In this document: one piece after another, positions 10,226-17,405 of the stretch | How positions within the stretch are numbered: position 1 is the first letter of the stretch | How the letters are laid out: each line of letters begins with the position of its first letter | Assembly (NCBI GenBank): GCA_043757325.1 | Contig: JAYVPO010000110.1 | Location: 2,386-66,385, forward strand | Length of the DNA: 64,000 bases | Direction: 5' to 3' | From: a bacterium | GTDB taxonomy: Bacteria > Bdellovibrionota_B > Oligoflexia > Oligoflexales > RGVZ01 | Notes under the pieces: model-generated | The model's database searches: none | Seen by the model: the letters and a program-made list of their open reading frames with translations, nothing else | Told to the model about the DNA's origin: nothing | Made by a program: the position numbers and the translations under genes

Positions 10226-10993
10226 ATGCCTCATATCGATTTAAGGACAGAAAGTTTAATTTGTTTCACAGTGGATGTAGAATGGGCGCATCCCGAAGTT
10301 TTGAATGATCTTTTGGAAATGTTTAAAGTGGCTCAAGTTCACGGGACATTTTTTTGTACCCATTCAGGTATCGCTGTCGGCCCGCAAAACGAGCGCGCAC
10401 TGCATCCGAATTATCGTCGAAATGGAGACACTTTGCGTAGTTTAAGAAATGAACTTAATTCAGATAGTGAAATCTATTCCCACGTGATTTCTAAAACCAA
10501 AGAATTTTGCCCAGAAGCTATAGGCGCGAGGAGTCACTGCTTATTTTATGATTCCGAAATGCTAGTCGCCTATAAAAAGCATGGGATTAAATACGATAGC
10601 TCCTATTATATGCCACTTGCACAATATTTGGTTCCGATCGTCAAAGAGCATGATGTTGTCGAATTTCCGATTTTTTACATGGATCATTTGGATTTGGTTA
10701 GCAAAATGACCGGATTCAATATAGCGGATTTAAAGCTTGAGCAGCCTGGGTTAAAAATATTTGATTTTCATCCAAATATTGTTTTTATCAATGCCGCTTC
10801 AGAAGCAGACTACGTGAATAGTAAAAGCGCCTACCATCTGCCAGAAAAACTTATTGATTACAGGCGATCAGGCCGTGGCGCTCGCACACTTCTGCAAGAC
10901 CTTTTAAAATACTGCTCAGCCCACCAGACTCACGGAAAATATCATCTGCAAGAAGTTTATTCTTTATTCATCGCGGGAAATATTATCACCTGA
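10226..10993 (+). CDS. polysaccharide deacetylase-like protein (ArnD/WbmS-like; weak call)
   Basis: 255 aa. The N-terminal ..ICFTVDVEW...VHGTFFC.. resembles NodB/CE4 motif 1. The start lies 2 nt after the formyltransferase stop. Confidence 0.4.
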   Translation: MPHIDLRTESLICFTVDVEWAHPEVLNDLLEMFKVAQVHGTFFCTHSGIAVGPQNERALHPNYRRNGDTLRSLRNELNSDSEIYSHVISKTKEFCPEAIGARSHCLFYDSEMLVAYKKHGIKYDSSYYMPLAQYLVPIVKEHDVVEFPIFYMDHLDLVSKMTGFNIADLKLEQPGLKIFDFHPNIVFINAASEADYVNSKSAYHLPEKLIDYRRSGRGARTLLQDLLKYCSAHQTHGKYHLQEVYSLFIAGNIIT

Positions 10994-11083
10994 CTTCGAA
11001 ATTTCACTTTTTCGGCCTGATTTATGCTGACACATAAGCATGATCAGTTTATTCTCTCGCTTTAAGACAACTGGAGAAATTTT

Positions 11084-12013
11084 TTGGATTCTTTAGGCAT
11101 TTCAATAGTCATACCAATTTATAATGAAGTTAAAGCCGTTGCGGAGCTGAAGGAATTGCTCGAAGCCACTTCCGAAAAATTAAATATTCTTCATGAGTTT
11201 ATCATTGTCGATGATGGGTCCAATGATGGCACACCACAAATACTAAGCGAGCTCTCTAAGTATTTTAGTAATCATAGAATTTTGGTGCGATTTATTGCCC
11301 ATGCGGAGAACACAGGATACGGAGCTGCTTTAAAAACGGGGATTACTGCGGCGCAGTTTCCTTGGATTGCTATTACCGACTGCGACGGAACCTATCCAAC
11401 TCCTCGAGTTGCGGAATTTTTAGAGATTGCGCAGTCGCAAAATTTCGATATGGTGGTTGGTTCTAGGCATACAAAAGATGCAAATATTCCATTAATTCGG
11501 CGCCCTGCCAAGGCGTTCTTAAATTTGGTTGCAAATTTTTCGACAGGTCGTATTATTCCTGATCTAAATTCCGGCTTTCGAATCTTTACGAAGGAATTGG
11601 CTCTGCGTTTTTATCATCTGTACCCCGACGGTTTCTCTTTTACTTCGACAATTACTCTGGCGTCGTTGCATTCTGGCTTAAGAGTACTTTATGTCCCAAT
11701 TGTATATCTAAAGCGCGCGGGAGTTTCCAAAATAAGGCCTATTCGGGATACTTTAGGTTTTCTCCAACTGACTGTGCGGATTACGGTTTATTTTAATCCT
11801 CTACGGTTTTTTTTACCGGTTTCCGTGTTCATTTTTTTTGTCGCGGCGATTGTTATGGCAATGGATCTTCGCGAGGGTAAGCTTAATGATTCCACAACGA
11901 TTATAGTAGTTTGTGGACTTATTATATTTTCTTTTGCTTTGATTTCTGACCAGCTTAATACCCTCCGAAAAGAACTCCAGGATGTCCGGGTTCGTGAGAA
12001 CCGTAAAAAGTGA
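11084..12013 (+). CDS. family-2 glycosyltransferase, polyprenyl-phosphate sugar synthase type (ArnC/GtrB/DPM1-like)
   Basis: TTG start 8 nt after GGAG. SIVIPIYNE, VDDGSNDGT and TDCDGTYP motifs are present. Two C-terminal TM helices (FFLPVSVFIFFVAAIVMAM, IVVCGLIIFSFALI) are typical of the ArnC/GtrB class. Confidence 0.75.
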   Translation: MDSLGISIVIPIYNEVKAVAELKELLEATSEKLNILHEFIIVDDGSNDGTPQILSELSKYFSNHRILVRFIAHAENTGYGAALKTGITAAQFPWIAITDCDGTYPTPRVAEFLEIAQSQNFDMVVGSRHTKDANIPLIRRPAKAFLNLVANFSTGRIIPDLNSGFRIFTKELALRFYHLYPDGFSFTSTITLASLHSGLRVLYVPIVYLKRAGVSKIRPIRDTLGFLQLTVRITVYFNPLRFFLPVSVFIFFVAAIVMAMDLREGKLNDSTTIIVVCGLIIFSFALISDQLNTLRKELQDVRVRENRKK

Positions 12014-12082
12014 TTTATACCTACCTTCATTGAGGCGCCCAACATTAGCTGGATCACACCTCAATAACCTCCTGTTCATATT

Positions 12083-12499
12083 GGATGCAATTTTCTGCGA
12101 CTCAAGCGGGTTCATGTTTTCCAGACATGTTACCTTTACGTATATTCTTGACCTGGACATCGGCCTTTTTTATTGCCCTTTGGGTGATCCTGAATTTCGC
12201 CGGAAGGCATAGCCCGGAAAGCATAGCCCGGAAGGCATTGCCCGAAAAACATTGCCCGAGAAACATATCCAACCGGGCTACCGAAAGCGTAACCCAAAAG
12301 ACTTGCAGTACAAATATCAAACGGGAGTTTCAATATGCTAAAACAACGCTTGAAAAAGTAGATGGCAAACGCCTCTAGGCGACAATCAGGTTCACCTCAA
12401 AGGCGAGGGCGACAAAAAAGCCAATGTCGAAGACAAGGATGGACGTCTATGAGTCAAGGCCAGCAAATATAAAACCCCGCGCCGCGAAAGATTTCATCC
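12083..12499. repeat. long imperfect palindrome, element A (structured RNA or MITE-like element)
   Basis: 12156-12201 pairs with 12378-12428, and 12083-12099 pairs with 12483-12499. It is homologous to element B at 23754-24100. Confidence 0.65.
12202..12270. repeat. tandem 14-nt repeat array (about 4.9 units) at the apex of element A
   Basis: Units: ggaaggcatagccc / ggaaagcatagccc / ggaaggcattgccc / gaaaaacattgccc / gagaaacatatcc. The period is not a multiple of 3. Confidence 0.8.
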
Positions 12500-12607
12500 G
12501 GTGTGAACCCGAAGTTATTAAGAAGTTACAAATCGGATCACATATCACTTTGACATTGTGCAAAAATGCCAGTAGTTTGGCCGGGTCTTTGAAACTAGTA
12601 ATTTTTT

Positions 12608-13990
12608 TTGAGCGGGTGTTTTGTGACAAAAGTATATGCACTAATAGTTATTTTTCTTTTTCGTTGCGAGGGCCAGCGTTTTTCGTCTGGTAAAATTTCT
12701 ATTTTAAAAACTTCAGCGGAGCAAGAACTTACAATTCAGACTATCGATGCGTTGATACAAAAGCAAAAAATCACTACCATTGACGAGCTGCTAAATAAGC
12801 TACCGACAGAATATTTGAAATACCATACAGCTCTTTACGAAAGCATTTCGGAACAAGAAGCAAGCCCAGAAAATCCGCGTTTCATTCATTTCGGTGAAAC
12901 CGGTGAATTGATTCTTGCTTACCATGGGAACGAAAAAGCAAAAAACTATGACACTCTAGAAGTAATCGCATTCAATAAAACATCGAACCAGACAGAATTT
13001 TATCAAATCAAACAGAATAATACTGAAATTTTAAAACTAAAGACGGAACCTAACAGTTGTCGGACCTGTCACGGCGCTGAAGGTTCTTATATCTTAAGCT
13101 CATACCCATTTTGGCCTGGTCATTTTGGCAGTTCAGATGACCTTCTTGATGGTGAGGAGCTTGAAAACTTTGTCACCTTCAAAAGAACATCGATACCGAA
13201 GAAGCGGTACGCGGCTATTAATAAAATCTATGCGGACAGAAGTACCACATTTCCATTTTATGGAAATCAACAGTCATCGCGCAAATTCGTAAATATGCCA
13301 AATTCCATGTTGACGCTTTTAACCTCAAGATTGACCGCTCAAAAACTAGCTGCGCATCTTTTTAGCTCAGCTAAATTCGCAAAGGAAAAAAACCTATTAA
13401 TTTTGACAACAGCTTTAACTTACCTTTCCGACGCTCAAACCGATCCCTGTCTGAAAAAAATTGATAGCCGTGAAAACTTACAAAAGAATAACTATTTCCT
13501 ACATAGAATCAGCAGATTGGCTGAAATCCGGTTTTCTGAATTTGCCATATTGCAGCCACGTTTTTTTGGCTTCGATAGCACAATTCCACTTTCCAGCGAG
13601 CGCAAAATTAACATCAAAAGTCTGCTAAAAAGCCATACTCCAGTTTTGGATTGGACTATTTCTGCAGAAAACAAAAATATCGGTTTTATGTCTTTTCCGT
13701 TTAATGACGGCCTGACTTTTTTTGTTAACTCTCTACGATACGAAATTTTGTCTGCTGATGTCGTTGCGAAAAAAGACCTTGATGAGACAATTGTTGCTTT
13801 AGCAACTGGCTTATTGGCTCGTTTTAAAAAAGATCATTTATTTCGATTCTCAGAAAATTTATATTCAGGTTTTTCAAATCCAGACGTTCTGGCTCGATTT
13901 GCAAAAGACGGCACAGGAGTTCGTTTGGCGGAGATTTTCCCTGAAGGTACACAAAAATTAACGGAAGTTTGCAATTTATTGACTCGATAG
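12608..13990 (+). CDS. hypothetical secreted protein with a single CXXCH motif
   Basis: 460 aa with a hydrophobic N-terminus (VYALIVIFLF). The motif NSCRTCHG is a c-type haem attachment consensus. The start is uncertain (TTG 12608 or GTG 12623). Confidence 0.5.
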   Translation: MSGCFVTKVYALIVIFLFRCEGQRFSSGKISILKTSAEQELTIQTIDALIQKQKITTIDELLNKLPTEYLKYHTALYESISEQEASPENPRFIHFGETGELILAYHGNEKAKNYDTLEVIAFNKTSNQTEFYQIKQNNTEILKLKTEPNSCRTCHGAEGSYILSSYPFWPGHFGSSDDLLDGEELENFVTFKRTSIPKKRYAAINKIYADRSTTFPFYGNQQSSRKFVNMPNSMLTLLTSRLTAQKLAAHLFSSAKFAKEKNLLILTTALTYLSDAQTDPCLKKIDSRENLQKNNYFLHRISRLAEIRFSEFAILQPRFFGFDSTIPLSSERKINIKSLLKSHTPVLDWTISAENKNIGFMSFPFNDGLTFFVNSLRYEILSADVVAKKDLDETIVALATGLLARFKKDHLFRFSENLYSGFSNPDVLARFAKDGTGVRLAEIFPEGTQKLTEVCNLLTR

Positions 13991-14199
13991 AAAATTTAAA
14001 ATGCAAACTCGTATTGCGATATAAATGAATTCGTGACGAAAGTAGTTACTGAAATCTATTGAGATATTCTTGGCGGCAATGGCGTGTTCGACGGGCGGTG
14101 AACTCAGCGTTTGCAGCGCGTTGTGCCACAGCAGAGACAAGACTTTGATGAATTAAAAAATAAATTCAAAACATCCCCTACATTCTAACCATACGTCGT

Positions 14200-16008
14200 T
14201 TAAAACTCAGTCGCGAGACTAACAACCCATTGCCGACCAGGTTGGGGGACAGAAGCCGAGTCAGAGAAACTCGTGCGACCAACGTTTCCAGCAGTATCGG
14301 GCGAGGAAATCGGAGTCGAGATAGTATCGAAAACATTTAAGACCTGAATTCCTAAATTTAATTTCCAGTCTTTTTGATATTTATAGTCAAAAGAAGAATC
14401 ATGAATCCAAGCACCTGGCAATTCGATGGAATTTCCCGCATCCCGATAAATTGAACTGCGATATCGAGAAAACCAGCGTATGCTGCAGTCGTAAAACCTC
14501 ATAACCGGCTCTAGTACAACCGTATGTTCTGGTATACCGGGAATTTTTTTGTCCTCTGAGGTACTGTTATTTAACGCAATAATTCGTGCATAAGACGCAT
14601 TAAGACTAAAAAACCCTGCTGTGAATTCATTAAGAATTTCAAAGCCCCGACTTTGAGTACTTCCTAAACTTCCTGCTTTTAAAGAATTTCCAAGACTCGG
14701 CATAAAAACAATTTTGTCGATTGTGTCATCCACAAAAAAAGCAAATTGATGCGCCGAATAAAAATTCCTTCCGAGTCCGTAGTTTTGCTTTACGCGAGCA
14801 CCAACTTCGCGGTGCAAAGTTTTTTCACTGGTTAAATTATCTGCTGGCCTAATTGTTCCGCCATTGCCAAACTCCTCGAGCAAACTAGGTAGCCGATCGG
14901 CTGTTCCGATTTGAGCGAACCCCGAGTACTGATCGACGCCTACGCTGACCGCAAGCTGCTTTCCTGATGCCGACTTAGCGCCTGCAACTGACTTTTCTTC
15001 TGCACTTCGAGTAACGTCGCTTAAAACATCGATCACATCTGAATTTTTTGAGATTTGAAATTTGGGCTCAACAAAAACATATTGCAATAAATTCCAACGC
15101 CCACCAACCGTTGCGATTTGGTTTTTTCTACGCAATTTAAATACGGTTTGCTCGTCTTGATCGGTCGAGACTTTGGTGTCCCCAAAAGAAATTTGCGGAA
15201 AAATTTCTACAGTCTTGCTCACTAAAGGAGCTTTAAAAACATGGGTGGTACTTTCGCTGCGAAAAATCGACTCTGAATGACTTGCTAAATACTCACGATT
15301 TGCGTCGAACGTCTGGTTTGCACCAAAATTTTGGCTCAAGTGGTACATCGGAATAAAGGTCCATTCTCCGGCAGCAAAAGGCCTTTTAATCTTCAACCCA
15401 TAAAATTGATATTTGGATTTTTCTCGGGCAGAGTTTGATTCTGAAAAGTTTGAAATACCCGCATCGGAATGATTAGCAAGCCCTAGAATTTCAAGCTCAA
15501 AGCCTGCAGCGATGGCTTTAAAATGGGGAATCAATTCATAACTTCTTTTATCGTTATTTTCGCGACTACTTACGGTATCATCGGCGGTGTTAAATGGTGT
15601 TTTTTCATCGTTGTAATAGTTATATCTGCCATTCGACTGAAAACGCCTAAGATAAACTTCCGCCGTTAAATTATTTCGAGAATACTTAGGAAAGATCCAA
15701 GTAGAATCGCCAAACGGCCTTCCAAAATTTTCGCCGCCTTCAAACACTAAACTATCGGGGCTTTGTCCTTTAAATTTGTATGCCAAAACTCCCGCCGATT
15801 GGACACTTGGTATTTCGGCAGGAGACAAGCCGGTATAAATTTCCAATTTGCCAAAAGCCTTTAAATCCAGTTCGTCAATAATGGGCAAATGAGTAAACGG
15901 ATCTTGCACCAAAAAGTCATCAATATAAACTTCGGTGGCTTTAATATCGTGGCCACGAATTCTTGGTATATTAAATCCAGATGCAGAGATTTTTCCAGTT
16001 TCGGGCAA
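14200..16008 (-). CDS. TonB-dependent receptor-like outer-membrane protein (true N-terminus probably further upstream)
   Basis: It is beta-rich and ends in ..VSLATEF (terminal Phe). The plug-like N-terminal part includes ..RIRGHDIKATEVYIDDF... The frame stays open upstream to 16227 and there encodes ..KKYKSRSGVNALFRCCILILWLCSLLFA/ADNEITIYAP.., but no ATG/GTG/TTG occurs between 16008 and 16227. Confidence 0.65.
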   Translation of the reverse strand: MPETGKISASGFNIPRIRGHDIKATEVYIDDFLVQDPFTHLPIIDELDLKAFGKLEIYTGLSPAEIPSVQSAGVLAYKFKGQSPDSLVFEGGENFGRPFGDSTWIFPKYSRNNLTAEVYLRRFQSNGRYNYYNDEKTPFNTADDTVSSRENNDKRSYELIPHFKAIAAGFELEILGLANHSDAGISNFSESNSAREKSKYQFYGLKIKRPFAAGEWTFIPMYHLSQNFGANQTFDANREYLASHSESIFRSESTTHVFKAPLVSKTVEIFPQISFGDTKVSTDQDEQTVFKLRRKNQIATVGGRWNLLQYVFVEPKFQISKNSDVIDVLSDVTRSAEEKSVAGAKSASGKQLAVSVGVDQYSGFAQIGTADRLPSLLEEFGNGGTIRPADNLTSEKTLHREVGARVKQNYGLGRNFYSAHQFAFFVDDTIDKIVFMPSLGNSLKAGSLGSTQSRGFEILNEFTAGFFSLNASYARIIALNNSTSEDKKIPGIPEHTVVLEPVMRFYDCSIRWFSRYRSSIYRDAGNSIELPGAWIHDSSFDYKYQKDWKLNLGIQVLNVFDTISTPISSPDTAGNVGRTSFSDSASVPQPGRQWVVSLATEF

Positions 16009-16169
16009 TACAAAGGCTGGATTTTTTTTTAGATGTGTTTCCGCACCGAATTGCGAGGCATCTTCTGGAACAATTGATTGTCTTAAACCTAGTGAGTATT
16101 CTGTTAATTTCGGCGCATAAATCGTAATTTCATTGTCCGCGGCAAAAAGAAGACTACATAACCACAGAA

Positions 16170-17402
16170 TTAGAATACAACACCTGAATAAGGCATTAAC
16201 GCCAGATCTAGATTTGTATTTTTTTGTTTACCGGTAGTATCAATAATTACAAAGCGGCCTTTCAAAGCAGAATTTAAGTCTTGGGCATTAGAAGTCCAAA
16301 GTTGCTTTACAGAATCGATGTAAAATAGCGGCCCATAGCCGAAATTGTTGTTATTAAAGATATAAACTGTCTTAAATGCTTTATCTAAAGGTTTTACTTC
16401 GATGATTTTTCTGGTCACCACATCGCCAACTTTATCTTCTACGGATTGATAAAAAAGTTTTTCATCGGCACCCGCAATCACTGGCCCGTTCATAAAAATT
16501 TTATTTTCCCATTCTTTTAAGTCCCAAATTTCTTTAACTTGTAAAGTCGTCGTATCGAATTCTTCAAAAGAATTTACGCATGTTTTGCCAGCCCGTAAGT
16601 CCACGTCAACATACCGCGAACAAACAGACCAAAGCGATAATTTAGATACGTCCGCGTTGGCTAACGCAATAGGAAACGACCCCTTTATTCTAATTCCTTG
16701 CACGCCTTCGGCAGAAATATTTCGGTCATCCGCAGATAATTTCTTGTCGGACCACGTAAAAGTAAAAATTTGCTGAGAGCCGTTGGCTGTCATGGAATTA
16801 TTTTCAAAATCCAAAGCTTGATGCACAACAAAAACTCGGGATGTTTTCTCGTCGATTTTTTTAACAAATATTTTATCTGGATAGAATTTTCCAGTTTTTG
16901 TTTTGGCAGCATTGGTTAAATCCAACTTGTGTCCAGAGATTTTCTGTAATTCATTGCCACTTGGCCATTCTAGAACACTTATCCCGTGACCACTATAGTT
17001 AGCCACCAGCGCACGGTCACCCAAAACAACAATATCGTGCGGATCTCCAAAAGCTCCCGACTGATACTTAACTTGCTCCGTTGTGAACTTTTTTGCTACG
17101 ACATCGATCGCACGAAAGTTTTTTTGCGAGCCCGTTCGGTTAAATAAAACGGCGGTATTTTTACCGACAGAAAATAAACTCGCATCACTGGATTCCCCCG
17201 AAGAAATACTCTCAACAGTTTTGGACTTGACATCGACTAAAAATACGCCTGCAGCCGATGGCATTGCATAGGGATCCGAAGCAGAAAATAAAATCTGAGG
17301 ATTGGCATTTGTTAAATCTTGTACCACTGGAATTGGTTTTTGAGAGTCTTCGCCTGTTGGATTACAGCCGAAGAAAACAAGCACTAGTAATATCTTTCGC
17401 AT
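16170..17402 (-). CDS. lipoprotein, possibly beta-propeller (YncE-like)
   Basis: MRKILLVLVFFGC has a lipobox. The ATG lies 3 nt after the carB stop. No family is recognised with certainty. Confidence 0.55.
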   Translation of the reverse strand: MRKILLVLVFFGCNPTGEDSQKPIPVVQDLTNANPQILFSASDPYAMPSAAGVFLVDVKSKTVESISSGESSDASLFSVGKNTAVLFNRTGSQKNFRAIDVVAKKFTTEQVKYQSGAFGDPHDIVVLGDRALVANYSGHGISVLEWPSGNELQKISGHKLDLTNAAKTKTGKFYPDKIFVKKIDEKTSRVFVVHQALDFENNSMTANGSQQIFTFTWSDKKLSADDRNISAEGVQGIRIKGSFPIALANADVSKLSLWSVCSRYVDVDLRAGKTCVNSFEEFDTTTLQVKEIWDLKEWENKIFMNGPVIAGADEKLFYQSVEDKVGDVVTRKIIEVKPLDKAFKTVYIFNNNNFGYGPLFYIDSVKQLWTSNAQDLNSALKGRFVIIDTTGKQKNTNLDLALMPYSGVVF

Positions 17403-17405
17403 AAA

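Noticed and set aside
12202-12270. Checked whether the short tandem repeats could be a CRISPR array.
   Set aside because: The units are 14 nt, directly adjacent with no spacers, and no cas genes are in the window.
12127-12378. A small hydrophobic ORF inside element A (..MLPLRIFLTWTSAFFIALWVILNFAGRHSPESIARKALP..). It could be a type I toxin embedded in a fold-back mRNA, hok-like.
   Set aside because: There is no SD before either candidate ATG (12085 or 12127). The ORF runs through the 14-nt tandem array, whose period is not a multiple of 3. Relative to the DNA alignment with element B, the upstream hydrophobic part is read in a different phase. In the shared phase, differences fall mostly on first codon positions, while second and third positions are conserved. 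That is the opposite of a coding signature. T-rich hairpin arms yield hydrophobic peptides in any frame. It remains worth a ribosome-profiling look.
12424-12693. An 89-aa ORF spanning the right arm of element A into the start of the 12608 gene.
   Set aside because: It is out of frame with the 12608 CDS, has no RBS, and its sequence derives from the palindrome arm.
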